In this document: piece by piece, positions 53,268 to 63,266 of the stretch | Layout: the number at the start of each line of letters is the position of its first letter | Position numbering within the stretch: position 1 is the stretch's first letter | NCBI GenBank assembly: GCA_963786105.1 | Contig: CAWAXX010000024.1 | Location: 64,001 to 128,000, forward strand | Direction of reading: 5' to 3' | Length of the DNA: 64,000 nt | Origin: Vulcanimicrobiota bacterium | Lineage (GTDB): Bacteria > Vulcanimicrobiota > Vulcanimicrobiia > Vulcanimicrobiales > Vulcanimicrobiaceae | The notes under the pieces: model-generated | What the model saw: the letters and a program-made list of their open reading frames with translations, nothing else | Databases searched by the model: none | What the model was told of the DNA's origin: nothing | Made by a program: the position numbers and the translations under genes

Positions 53268-54272
53268 ATGGGTGTGCGCGTATTTCGGATTCGGCTCTTG
53301 TCCCTTGCGGCAGTAGTGAACGCGGCTCTGCTCGCCGCCTGTTCGGGCGGTATGCCACCGGAATCGAACGGCCGGATATCGCCGGCAAGTGCCGGGACCT
53401 TGGGCGCACGGCCTTCTTCTATATTTTACGGTTGTCCCGTCTTCAAGAATACGTACGCTCATGCGGTGACGAATTGGCCTCTCGATCCAAACAGCGCTGC
53501 GTACATTAGTTCCGTCATCCAGGCCGGCGACACCATGGGTTTTTACGCGTCGACCGGCGTCGAGAAAGCGAATCTTGCCAATAACCAAACGCCGTTGGTC
53601 ACCGTGCACCAGAAAGTCCAATGGCATCAATTTCCCGTCCCGTACCCGTGGCAGTCGGGATTCTATATCGAGCCGCTGGGCGACGCGCACGCGATTGTCG
53701 TTCAGACCGATAGCTGCCATCTCTACGAGTCGTACTCCACGACGTACAGCAACGGTACGCTGAGCGCATACAGCGGGGCGAACTGGGACATGACGATTCG
53801 GTTCGTCCCGCTGGCTCCGGGCAATCCGTCGGCCATGGCGTCGGGCCTCTCGCTTTTTGCGGGAATGGTAAAGTGGGAAGACTACGAATCGGGCTCGATC
53901 GATCACGCACTCGACTGGTCGGCGATCGCGCATACGGTTGCGCAGACCGGGTTCGTTTGGCCGGCAAGCGATACGGATCACTTGCAGTTCAACGGAAAGA
54001 GCCAATACCAGTTGCCATACGGAGCGCGGTTGCGTCTGAAAGCCTCTTTTAGCACCTACGGTTGGGGCCCTCAGGCGACGATGGTCGCTAACGCGATGAA
54101 GACGTACGGAATTTATCTGTCGGACACCGGCTCGAGTGCGAACGGCATCTACTTTGCAAATGCGAGCAATGGGAGCAATCCCTGGAATTCGATCGACCTC
54201 TCGGCGTTAGGGCAAATTCACGTCGGCGACTTTGACGTGCTCAAGCTTCCGCCAATTCAAAACGCTCCCTAA
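53268..54272 (+). CDS. hypothetical lipoprotein
   Basis: Lipobox LAAC; close paralog of 54321..55217. Confidence 0.85.
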   Translation: MGVRVFRIRLLSLAAVVNAALLAACSGGMPPESNGRISPASAGTLGARPSSIFYGCPVFKNTYAHAVTNWPLDPNSAAYISSVIQAGDTMGFYASTGVEKANLANNQTPLVTVHQKVQWHQFPVPYPWQSGFYIEPLGDAHAIVVQTDSCHLYESYSTTYSNGTLSAYSGANWDMTIRFVPLAPGNPSAMASGLSLFAGMVKWEDYESGSIDHALDWSAIAHTVAQTGFVWPASDTDHLQFNGKSQYQLPYGARLRLKASFSTYGWGPQATMVANAMKTYGIYLSDTGSSANGIYFANASNGSNPWNSIDLSALGQIHVGDFDVLKLPPIQNAP

Positions 54273-54320
54273 AGACGGCCTAAAAAGCAATGGCGAGGTT
54301 CGCGGAGAAGTCGAGTCCGC

Positions 54321-55217
54321 GTGGCGTTAGGAAGTTCGGCGGTTCTGGCTACGGCGCTGACTGCGTGCGGACTGTTTGGAGCGGGCGGCTACTATTCCAA
54401 TTCCGTTGTCAACGCTTCCGTCGACCCCAATAGCGACCGGTACGTACGATCGATCGTCGACGCGGGTGACCGAGGCGGATTCTGGATGGCCGCCGACCCA
54501 GCCGAGCTCGTCAACCTCGCCGACGACGCAACGCCGGCGTACTCGGTTCGTCAAAAGGTACCGTACCATCAATTCCCGGTACCGTATCCGTGGCGCCCGA
54601 ATTTTTACATCGAGCCGCTGAGCGACGCGCACGCGATGGTGGTTCAAACGCACGCGTGCGAGCTGTACGAGACGTACCAGACGACGTTTTCAGCAGGCGT
54701 CCTCTCGGCGTACAGCGGCGCGCACTGGAACTTGCGCCGTCCTTTCGTTCCGCTGGCGCCGGGCACGCCTTCGGCAATGGCATCCGGCCTTTCGTTGTAC
54801 GCTGGGATGGTTCGCTGGGAAGAAGTCGCGCGCGGCTCGATCGGTCACGCGCTAAACTGGGCCGCTCCTGCGGGCACCGTCGCTCAATGGAGTTTCGTTC
54901 GACCGGCTAGCGACACCGACGGATTGCCGTTTAAGGGAAGCGGGCGGTATCAATTGCCTTACGGTGCTCGTCTCCGGCTGCGGGCGTCGTTCGATACCTC
55001 TCATTTTGGCCCGCAAAGTGCGGCCATCGCTCGAGCGATGAAGACCTACGGCATATACTTGGCGGATACCGCACGAGAGGACGAGTTGTACGACGCACTG
55101 GCGTTAGACGGGGCGAACCATTGGAACCGTGCGGATCTGGCAGCGCTTGGCTCGATCCACATAATGGACTTCGAAGTACTTTCGCTCGCAACGATCGAGC
55201 GCGTACCCGGCCACTAA
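54321..55217 (+). CDS. hypothetical lipoprotein, tandem paralog
   Basis: Lipobox LTAC; shared HQFPVPYPW, DAHA, SAMASGLSL, PASDTD, LPYGARLRL, AMKTYGIYL.DT. Confidence 0.85.
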   Translation: MALGSSAVLATALTACGLFGAGGYYSNSVVNASVDPNSDRYVRSIVDAGDRGGFWMAADPAELVNLADDATPAYSVRQKVPYHQFPVPYPWRPNFYIEPLSDAHAMVVQTHACELYETYQTTFSAGVLSAYSGAHWNLRRPFVPLAPGTPSAMASGLSLYAGMVRWEEVARGSIGHALNWAAPAGTVAQWSFVRPASDTDGLPFKGSGRYQLPYGARLRLRASFDTSHFGPQSAAIARAMKTYGIYLADTAREDELYDALALDGANHWNRADLAALGSIHIMDFEVLSLATIERVPGH

Positions 55218-55243
55218 GTGACAACGCGAAAATTGAGCGCCGG

Positions 55244-56065
55244 TTAGCGGCCGGTGATAATCGTCGCGCCGAATTCGATCAGCATCGCGGCCGGCACGAG
55301 GACCAGCTGAGAGAGAACCATACCGATGACCGCCGTCATCGAGAGTCCGGTGACCAGGGCTTTCACGTCGTCCAACGAGCGCTCCCCGCGAACTGCGCGG
55401 TCGGTAATCAGCGCCGAGGCCGGATCGACGATGATGTTGTAGGCGATGGTGGCGAAGCCGTTGACCAGGCCGCTGGAAAGAACGGCGGTTCGCGCCGCTT
55501 GCGGATTGAGTACGCTGGCATAGGCGGCGGCCGCGATACCCGCACCGTATACCGCCGTAACGAGCACGTTCAGTATGAGCACGTCTTTCGGAACGCGCCC
55601 GAACGGAAGATCGCGCCACCGCGTCGCGACGCCGAACTTCACTTCTCCTATCACGGCCGCGATGGTGGCCGGTCGAAACATCGCAAGTGCGGCTTTGGGA
55701 ATGCTGCCGTTGCGCTCGAGCGATCGAATCGCGCGCAGATAGAACATGACGAACGTCGGTATCGCCAGCGTACCGATGACGGCCCCGACCGTCCCTGAAA
55801 GAATGATCGAGCGTAGCTGCCATTGATAGACGCCAAGCGTCGCCGGGACCGCGCGATCGGAGAGAGCGCCGAGCATCGGTGTGTAAAACATCTGCGCGAA
55901 GCGGCTGCTGGTCGCAAAAATATTGAAGAGCGAAATAGCGGTGGCCACTCTGCCGGAGCGCGCGCCGGCAAGGCGCGCCGCGTACGCCGCGATCGCCAGC
56001 GCTTGGACGGCGCAATTGAGAACGATGGCCAGCAGCAGCTGCCACGACCAAAAGTGGGGGGGCAC
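55244..56065 (-). CDS. amj: lipid II flippase Amj family (DUF2837)
   Basis: AYAARLAG.RSGR.A.AISLFN..SR..P.LG, S.LVNG.ATI..VDP..A.ITD, G.VLSQL..P pattern. Confidence 0.8.
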   Translation of the reverse strand: MPPHFWSWQLLLAIVLNCAVQALAIAAYAARLAGARSGRVATAISLFNIFATSSRFAQMFYTPMLGALSDRAVPATLGVYQWQLRSIILSGTVGAVIGTLAIPTFVMFYLRAIRSLERNGSIPKAALAMFRPATIAAVIGEVKFGVATRWRDLPFGRVPKDVLILNVLVTAVYGAGIAAAAYASVLNPQAARTAVLSSGLVNGFATIAYNIIVDPASALITDRAVRGERSLDDVKALVTGLSMTAVIGMVLSQLVLVPAAMLIEFGATIITGR

Positions 56066-56176
56066 CTAGGTAGTCTAAAACGCGCGGTGGTCCACGCAAT
56101 CTATCCTTCGCCCCTGTCGGTGGGACTTTCGCTTCTCGACGCCGCGGCACACGTACCGTATATTCGAAGGACCCGG

Positions 56177-57634
56177 ATGGCCACACCAACCACGCAAATC
56201 GAGCCACGAGCCGCGCTCGCAGCCATCGCGCTCATGGGCGCGGCGGCCTTTCTTCTGCTCGTCGGCAACACGGGGGCCGGTGCGCTCGTCTGCGCGGCGG
56301 TCTTGGGAACGGCGGGGATCTATGCCGCGTTGCGATGGCCGCTCGATTCGTTGTTCGGCTTGTTCGTCTTGCTCGTGCCGTTCGACAACGTACTGAACAC
56401 CGGCTCGTTCGGTACCTTAACCAAGCTCCTCGGCGTGGTCGCGGGCGCATTCTTGCTATTCTGGGTCGTGCGCCGGCGGCGTTTCAGCCTGGCGAGCAAG
56501 CCGGTGCAGGTGTTGTGCGCGCTCGTCGTTTGGATGCTCGCCAGCTGCCTGTGGGCCGTCGATCAGAAGGCCGCCCTGCAAATGATCCCGACCTACGCGG
56601 GCCTGATGCTGCTCTACGCGGTGCTCACCATGGTTCCGATTTCGCGGGCGCAGTTTCGGATGCTGTTGTTTCTGATCGTTATCGGCGGTGTGTGCGCGGC
56701 CGCTTACGGCGCGAATCTGTTCTATCACGACCCGTCGTTTGGGCAAGAAGCCCTTACGATGCGACGGCTCGTCATTCAGGTCGGCGATTATCACATCGAC
56801 CCGAACCACTTTTCGGATGCGCTGCTGTTCCCGGTGGCGATCGTCGCGATGTGGGCGCTGCGTGCCAAGCGATTCTTCACCAGGATCCTCTGCGTCGCGG
56901 CCCTCGCCTTGCTGGTCGCTGCGGTTATGTTGAGCGGCTCGCGCGAAGGCCTGACGGCCATCGGCGTCATCGCCGCGTACTATCTTTGGCGGTCGCGCTA
57001 CCGGTTTCGGCTGGCGGCCGGAATCGCCATCGTTCTCGTCGTCGTCGCCACCGTCCAGACCTCGGTATTCTTGCGCTTTTCAAGCGCGTTGCAAACCGGC
57101 GGCTCGGGGCGAACGTCGATTTGGGCCGTCGCGATCGAAGCGGCGAAACATCGGTTTCTGCAGGGTTACGGTATCGGAAACTTTACCGAGGCCTTCAACA
57201 TCTACTATCTCAGCATTCACCAGCCCTACCCCTACGGCTGGGATAGCCCGGCGCACAATCTCGTGCTGCACTATCTGGTCGAACTGGGGATCGTCGGCAT
57301 CGTGCTGATAGCCGGCTTTTTCGTCGCACAGTTTCGCTCTTTGCGCGACATCGATTCGAACAGCGAGTTTTACGACTATCGGATCGTGCTGGAATCGAGT
57401 TTGCTCGCCATCCTCGTCGTCTCGATGACGATCGACCTCTTCCAATACAAGTACGCGTGGCTCGTCTTTGCGATGGTGGCGTTGCTGCGAAACGTGGCCG
57501 TCGCTCAGCAGAGCGCCGCGATGCGTCCGGCCAGATCCGCCATGATATCCGACCTGTCGGCCCGGCTCAAAACGAGCTCCTTGCCCTTATTGCCGAGTTC
57601 GCGCAGCGCGACCTTATCGAGCAGCGAGAGCTGA
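56177..57634 (+). CDS. O-antigen ligase/Wzy polymerase family membrane protein
   Basis: ATG 56177; many TMs, DPN, SGSREG, R..IW, GYGIGNF, AHN..L..LVELGIVG. Confidence 0.88.
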   Translation: MATPTTQIEPRAALAAIALMGAAAFLLLVGNTGAGALVCAAVLGTAGIYAALRWPLDSLFGLFVLLVPFDNVLNTGSFGTLTKLLGVVAGAFLLFWVVRRRRFSLASKPVQVLCALVVWMLASCLWAVDQKAALQMIPTYAGLMLLYAVLTMVPISRAQFRMLLFLIVIGGVCAAAYGANLFYHDPSFGQEALTMRRLVIQVGDYHIDPNHFSDALLFPVAIVAMWALRAKRFFTRILCVAALALLVAAVMLSGSREGLTAIGVIAAYYLWRSRYRFRLAAGIAIVLVVVATVQTSVFLRFSSALQTGGSGRTSIWAVAIEAAKHRFLQGYGIGNFTEAFNIYYLSIHQPYPYGWDSPAHNLVLHYLVELGIVGIVLIAGFFVAQFRSLRDIDSNSEFYDYRIVLESSLLAILVVSMTIDLFQYKYAWLVFAMVALLRNVAVAQQSAAMRPARSAMISDLSARLKTSSLPLLPSSRSATLSSSES

Positions 57635-58689
57635 CGCAGCGCGTCGGCTAACGCGCCCGCGTCTCCGGCCGGAGTACATACCGCGCCGAGCGACGCACCT
57701 TCCGATTGGGCCTCTCCGCCGGCCGCCACGATGACCGGGCAACCCACCGACAATGCGTCGTAGAGCTTGGTCGGGATGCTTTCTTCGATCCCTTTGCGCA
57801 ACGGAATGATCGAAACGTCCGCGTTCGCTACCTTCGCCATGGCACCGGCGCGGGATAAACTTCCGGTGAGGCGGAGATTGCGTATTCCTTCGGTGCGCAC
57901 GCGTTCGTCGAGGCGCGTCCGCTGGGCTCCGTCACCGACGATTTCAATGCTAATGTCGTCTGTTGCGACCAGCTTGGCCGCATCCGCCAGGACGTCGATG
58001 TCGGTGGTGAGGCCGAGATTTCCGGCGTACACGGCGGTGAAGCCGTCGGCGCGCGGAGGGAGAGCCTGCACGTCGGGGACTCTCTCGGCTGCATTGCGCG
58101 CGAGAACGAGCCGGGACGGCTCGACGCCGCGCTGCGCGATTTGAGACAGTGCCGTCGGCGTGACCACTGAGACCAGATCGGCGCGGCTGTATAAGAAGCG
58201 GACGAATCGTTCGATCGTACGGGCGAAGAAGCCGTCGGACTTCCAAACGCCCATCGCGATCGCGATGTCCGGGAATACGTCGCGCACGTCGACGACGAAC
58301 CGCGCGCCGTGCCGGGCCGCCCCGACCAAACCGGGTACCGTCACCGTAATCGGCGGCGAACTGACGATCACGACGTCGTAGCGCTGTTTCGTGCCGATCA
58401 TGTATAGCGACTCCGAAAGCGCGGCCGTGAGCCAGTGCACCAGCCGCGCGCCCGGCATGCCGGGAATCAAGACCGAAAACAGCCGGACGATCCGAAACCC
58501 GTCGCCCTCGTCGACGCGCACGACGGGTCGCCGCCCATCGGCGAACCGGCCCCGAGGAAACGACGGGTAGCTGGTGACTACCGTTACGTCGTGCCCCGCA
58601 TTCGCAAGCGCTTTGGCAAGCGTGCCGACGCGCAGCGATCCGGCCCCCGGCTCCGGCGGAAAAAAGTGGGTAATCAGCGCGACCTTCAC
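57505..58689 (-). CDS. GT4 glycosyltransferase (WbuB-like)
   Basis: GTG 58689; THFFPPE, P.FPRG, SSPP, RDVFPD, YAGNLG, PTKLYDA. Confidence 0.88.
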   Translation of the reverse strand: MKVALITHFFPPEPGAGSLRVGTLAKALANAGHDVTVVTSYPSFPRGRFADGRRPVVRVDEGDGFRIVRLFSVLIPGMPGARLVHWLTAALSESLYMIGTKQRYDVVIVSSPPITVTVPGLVGAARHGARFVVDVRDVFPDIAIAMGVWKSDGFFARTIERFVRFLYSRADLVSVVTPTALSQIAQRGVEPSRLVLARNAAERVPDVQALPPRADGFTAVYAGNLGLTTDIDVLADAAKLVATDDISIEIVGDGAQRTRLDERVRTEGIRNLRLTGSLSRAGAMAKVANADVSIIPLRKGIEESIPTKLYDALSVGCPVIVAAGGEAQSEGASLGAVCTPAGDAGALADALRQLSLLDKVALRELGNKGKELVLSRADRSDIMADLAGRIAALC

Positions 58690-59669
58690 GTCGCAGCCCC
58701 TCCCGATACCGTATCGAGTTTGAAGAATCGTTCGGGAAGACTGCCGAGCGTCTCGCCCAAGAGGCGCCGCCGGCTCGCCCGCGTTTCGGTGTAGGCCGTC
58801 CATCGCAGGGCCGCATCGCCGAACGAGGTCTCGTCGAACATCTTGGAAAGCACGTGCATCTGCGCGATGTGAAACTCGTGATACTTCAGGGTCGCGACGT
58901 GCGGCCGGCGGGTCGAGCTGCGCAAAAGACTGTAGAGCGTCCACCACCCAGTATCGAAGCGCGGTAGCCACCGCCGAAGCGTTTGCACGGACTGCTCCGA
59001 AACGTCGCCGAGCCACGGCTCGCCGGTGAGCTTCCACAGCTCCCAGACTCCCCACAACGCGTAGATGCATCCGTTGAGAACGTGCGGCGCGTGCCGGTTT
59101 GCGATCTCTTCGAAGAAGACGTCCTCGCCGGTTTTCCAGACGACGCCGCCGTGGTCGATGTCGGCTCGAAACGGTTCGGCAGCGCGCAGCGCGGCGGCGT
59201 CGAATCCGGCGCCCTTTTGCATCCCATGCGCGCGCAACAGCACCGAGATCGCCTCGCCTTGCGCCATCGCCGAAGTCCACCCCACTCCGGCGCCGTACTT
59301 GCGCCACGGAAAGGCAAACCGGTACGTTCCGGGGATGCCGTCGTTCTGTTGGCAATCTCGAAGCCACGCGGCCTGCGCGAGAAAGTCCTTACGCGCGTCG
59401 AGATCGCCGGTACGATGCCACACGCCGAAACGGTGCAAAGCAAACTGAGCGATACGGATGGCGTGATAGTACCGTTCGGGTCCGCTCAGCAGCACGCCGC
59501 TCGAATCGCGAGGCGCGCTCGTCCAATCTTCGCCGTATACGCCGTTTCCCGGATCCCACTCGATGAAATACGGGGATCCGCCCGGATCGCTCAAGGATTC
59601 AAAGCCGTACGCGCGGCGATGCGACCACGTTAGTGGGAAGCCCAACGCCACTCGGCGCAGCACGCTCAC
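58686..59669 (-). CDS. D-glucuronyl C5-epimerase family protein
   Basis: GTG 59669; WTSAMAQG.A.SVLLRA, FEE..HVLNG.IYALWG, LPRFDTG.W..Y.L, YHEFHI.Q. Confidence 0.85.
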   Translation of the reverse strand: MSVLRRVALGFPLTWSHRRAYGFESLSDPGGSPYFIEWDPGNGVYGEDWTSAPRDSSGVLLSGPERYYHAIRIAQFALHRFGVWHRTGDLDARKDFLAQAAWLRDCQQNDGIPGTYRFAFPWRKYGAGVGWTSAMAQGEAISVLLRAHGMQKGAGFDAAALRAAEPFRADIDHGGVVWKTGEDVFFEEIANRHAPHVLNGCIYALWGVWELWKLTGEPWLGDVSEQSVQTLRRWLPRFDTGWWTLYSLLRSSTRRPHVATLKYHEFHIAQMHVLSKMFDETSFGDAALRWTAYTETRASRRRLLGETLGSLPERFFKLDTVSGGAAT

Positions 59670-60943
59670 GCCACGGCCTGCCGGACGAGCGGGGCAAACT
59701 GGCGTCCCAATAGGTAGCATTCGAACCCGCAGCGCTGCCACTCCTCGACGGCAAAAAAGTTTCGCGTATCGATCAGCCGTGCGGTGCGCATCAGCGCGGC
59801 CATCTCCGCCGGACGGATGCTTCGGAACGCCGCGTGCGGCGTGACCAAAACCAAGGCATCGGCGTCGGCCGCAGCGAGCTCGAGCGATTCAGACAGAGGC
59901 TCGGTAAAGCGCGTGACGAGCGGATCGTAGACGGCGGTCGCATACCCGCGTTCGCGCAGCAAATCAACGATGCGAGCGGTCGGGCTTTCACGCGCGTCGT
60001 CGACGTCGGCCTTGTAGGCCGCGCCGAGCAGCGCGATCTTGCGGCCCCGTGCCGGGCCCACCATTTCGGCGATCCGGTGTACGATGTGGTACGGCATTCG
60101 ATCGTTGACGCGCCGGGCAGATTGAATGAGCTCGCTGATGAACGGGCTGGCGTTTGAGAGAAATTGCGGGTCGACCGGAATGCAGTGTCCGCCGACTCCG
60201 GGGCCCGGATTCAAGATGTTGACCCGCGGATGCTTGTTCGCTAGTTCGATCGTTTCCCAAACGTCGACGCCGAGTTCTTCGGCGATAATCGAAAGCTCGT
60301 TCGCAAAGGCGATGTTGACGTCGCGAAACGTGTTCTCCACGATCTTGACGAACTCCGCACCGGCCGTCGACGCTAGCGCGATCGGACCTTCGCAGAACGA
60401 CGAGTAGAGATCGCGGACGATTTCGCCGTCGCGAAGGGTGCGACCGCCGACCACCCGCGCGTTGCTACGCAACTCTTCGATAATCGCACCCGGGATGACG
60501 CGTTCGGGACAGTGGGCCACGTGATAGTCGTCGATCGATTTACCGGCTCGGTGCAAGGCTCGCTCGAAAATTCGTTCGGTGGCACCGGGGGGCACCGTCG
60601 ATTCCAGCACCAGCAGCGAGTGAGGTTCGGCCACCGCCGCGACCGCGTCGGCCGCCGCCTCCACGTAGCGAAGATCCGGTTTTCCTTCGTGCGTCGGCGT
60701 GGGAAGACACAGAACGTACGCCCGAGCGGTCGGAACCCGGTCGACGACGTGCAGGTGGCCGCTGGCGAGGGCTTCCATCACGGCTTGGCGCACGGCGCTT
60801 TCGTTCGTGGCGATTTCGCCGCGCTGTAAGCTGCGACGCAGGTTTGGATTGGCATCGTATCCGTACACTCGGTGGCCGCTGCGCGCGAAAAGCGCCGCCG
60901 TCGGCAGTCCAATGTAACCGAGGCCGATAACCGCTACGTTCAC
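59666..60943 (-). CDS. UDP-N-acetylhexosamine dehydrogenase (WecC/WbpO-like)
   Basis: GLGYIGLPTA, ESTVPPG, CPERV.PG, KIVENTFRDVNIA, GVGGHCIPVDP, YKADVDD.RESP. Confidence 0.93.
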   Translation of the reverse strand: MNVAVIGLGYIGLPTAALFARSGHRVYGYDANPNLRRSLQRGEIATNESAVRQAVMEALASGHLHVVDRVPTARAYVLCLPTPTHEGKPDLRYVEAAADAVAAVAEPHSLLVLESTVPPGATERIFERALHRAGKSIDDYHVAHCPERVIPGAIIEELRSNARVVGGRTLRDGEIVRDLYSSFCEGPIALASTAGAEFVKIVENTFRDVNIAFANELSIIAEELGVDVWETIELANKHPRVNILNPGPGVGGHCIPVDPQFLSNASPFISELIQSARRVNDRMPYHIVHRIAEMVGPARGRKIALLGAAYKADVDDARESPTARIVDLLRERGYATAVYDPLVTRFTEPLSESLELAAADADALVLVTPHAAFRSIRPAEMAALMRTARLIDTRNFFAVEEWQRCGFECYLLGRQFAPLVRQAVA

Positions 60944-62154
60944 TCTTGACCCTTTCGTTCGAAGGCAGATGCGAGCTCGCGCATTTGAGTGCGCACGTCG
61001 TGGCGCGCCGACACGAGATCGTACGCGCGTCCCGCGCGATCGCGGGCCGCGTCCGGATTGAGATAGACGTCTAAAAGCGCTGCGGCCAACGCGTCCGGAT
61101 CGTCCGGCTTCACGAGCAATCCGCAGCCGTCGCCGAGTAACTCGCCGACGCTGCCCGAATCGGTTGCGACCACCGGCACGCCGAGGGCCATCGCCTCGAG
61201 CAGCGCCGAGGGCACGCCCTCCATCATCTTTTCACCGGCCGAGCGGCTCGCCAGCACGACGGCCGAGAACCACCCGAGCCGATACGCATTGTGCAGCGCG
61301 TCTCGGGCGATGAACCCTCCGAAGCGCACGGCGTCTCGGAGTTCCAGAAAATCAACCTCGGCCTCGAGTTCGGCTTGCATCGGTCCCGCGCCGTACAGGG
61401 TGCAGCGAACCGGGATGTTGGAACGGCGCAGTCTCGCCAGGGCGGCGAAGAGAACCTTATGACCCTTCACGGGAACGAATGCCGCCGGGCACACGATGCG
61501 AAACTCGGCGTCGTTGGGACGCACCTGCGTTACGCGATCGGGCACGACGGTCCCGAGGCGCAGCCGGCGAATGCGTCCGTTCAGGGCCGGCATCCTCGCT
61601 CGCAGATCGCGTTCTCCGCGGTCCGATATCGCCCGCACGAACGAAACGCTACGTTGTTTGACGTCGAACGCGTTGCGTTCGTAAATATCCCACCGGTGCG
61701 CCGTCGCGCTCCAAAGCGCGTCGCTTGCGAGCGCCGCCACCATCGCGACCGTGGACGGAGTCGACATCCAATACGCATGGACGTGGTCGAAGCGGTGCTC
61801 CCTCGCCCAGTCCGCCAGCGCCAACGCTTTCACCAGGACCGTGGCGTTCTTTGCGAAGCCGGGATCGCGCGAGGCCATCAACTGTCCGATCGCCCCAATC
61901 GTGGCGGCCGGCCGCTCGACCACGGTTCGTGCCGCCCGCCGCAGTAAGTCCGCGCTCACGAGCGGCCACGCCAGAACTTCGACGCCTTCGGGAACGCGAT
62001 GCCGGGCCGGCTGCCGGGGCGGGCGAACCGGCACCACCACGACGCGATCGAAATACCGCACGAGTTCGTCGAGTTCCGACGTCAAGTACGCTTCCTGAGC
62101 TCCAAACGGAAAGCGTGAGGTGACGACGATTAAGCGCTTGGCGCGACGGCTCAC
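60940..62154 (-). CDS. GT4 glycosyltransferase (WcaL-like)
   Basis: GTG 62154; HVHA, TAHRWDI, VKGH, EGVPSALLEAMA. Confidence 0.88.
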   Translation of the reverse strand: MSRRAKRLIVVTSRFPFGAQEAYLTSELDELVRYFDRVVVVPVRPPRQPARHRVPEGVEVLAWPLVSADLLRRAARTVVERPAATIGAIGQLMASRDPGFAKNATVLVKALALADWAREHRFDHVHAYWMSTPSTVAMVAALASDALWSATAHRWDIYERNAFDVKQRSVSFVRAISDRGERDLRARMPALNGRIRRLRLGTVVPDRVTQVRPNDAEFRIVCPAAFVPVKGHKVLFAALARLRRSNIPVRCTLYGAGPMQAELEAEVDFLELRDAVRFGGFIARDALHNAYRLGWFSAVVLASRSAGEKMMEGVPSALLEAMALGVPVVATDSGSVGELLGDGCGLLVKPDDPDALAAALLDVYLNPDAARDRAGRAYDLVSARHDVRTQMRELASAFERKGQE

Positions 62155-63266
62155 GAGCTGGAACCACACAAGCGCAGGTACATCGTCCGGTGCGCGTCGG
62201 CGGTGCGTTTGATATCGTATGCCTCGCGCGCGTGCCGCTCGGCGCGCTCGGCAAGGGTGCGCCGAAGTTCCGGATTTTCGCGCGCACGTTCGATCTGAGC
62301 GGCAAGGTGTTCCGGCGCGAAGCCGTCGGCGATGAGACCGTAGCGTCCGTGGTCGAGCATATCGGAGGCGCCTAGCCACGGTGTCGTGACGATCGGCACT
62401 TTCGCGAGCATCGCCTCGATCAACGCTAACGGCATGCCTTCGAACCACGAAGTCATCAGCAGCACGTCCGCTCCGGGCAAGATCGAAGCGACGTCGGTAC
62501 GGTAGCCGAGAAAGCGGACGCGGCCCGCAATTCCCAACTCGGTTGCGAGATCGCGTAGCATGGGTTCGTTCTCGCCCGCGCCCACGAACAGCAATACCGA
62601 GCGCTCGCGCGTCGCCGGTTCGAGCGCGGAAAAGGCGCGCAGCGCTAACGCGTGATTTTTTTGATATTCCATGCGCCCGACCAGCGCGATCGCGAACTCG
62701 TCGTCGCCGACCGCCAGCCGCTCGCGAGCGAGAGTCCGGTCTTCGTGACCGTCGACCAGGGTTACGCCGTTTTGAATTGCGAGCATCTTGCCGGCCGGCA
62801 GGCGCTCTTGGCGGCTTAGCGCGGCAACCTGCTCGCTAAAGAACGTCACGACGCGCGCGGTCATCCGATGCAGCAGCCAATCGGCCGCGCGTTCGAGCCG
62901 CGTGCGGCGCACGTCGCAGGGATTATGCTCGGTATGAACGATGCATCGCGCGCCCGCGAGTAAGGCCGCAAAGCGTCCCCAGTATTTGCCCACGTGGGTG
63001 TGAGTGTGAACGATATCCGGTTTGAAGCGCCGTATTTCGCGCGTCATTTGCCAGATGAACGCTCGGTCGCGGCGATCTCGCCGGCCGGCATGCAGCAACG
63101 GAAACGTCAACCTTTGCCGCAAATCGGCGGGAGGCTCGTAAATCGTGAGCAGCGCGGCATCGATATCCGGCGACGACAAGTGCCCGAGGAGATCGACGAT
63201 AAGCCGCTCGGCACCGTAACCGCGGATCGACGGCAGGATGTGGAGAACGCGCACGGCTGCGGTCAT
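62151..63266 (-). CDS. GT4 glycosyltransferase
   Basis: ATG 63266; GAER, VHTH, VGR..QKNH, SWFEGMPLALIEAM. Confidence 0.9.
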   Translation of the reverse strand: MTAAVRVLHILPSIRGYGAERLIVDLLGHLSSPDIDAALLTIYEPPADLRQRLTFPLLHAGRRDRRDRAFIWQMTREIRRFKPDIVHTHTHVGKYWGRFAALLAGARCIVHTEHNPCDVRRTRLERAADWLLHRMTARVVTFFSEQVAALSRQERLPAGKMLAIQNGVTLVDGHEDRTLARERLAVGDDEFAIALVGRMEYQKNHALALRAFSALEPATRERSVLLFVGAGENEPMLRDLATELGIAGRVRFLGYRTDVASILPGADVLLMTSWFEGMPLALIEAMLAKVPIVTTPWLGASDMLDHGRYGLIADGFAPEHLAAQIERARENPELRRTLAERAERHAREAYDIKRTADAHRTMYLRLCGSSS

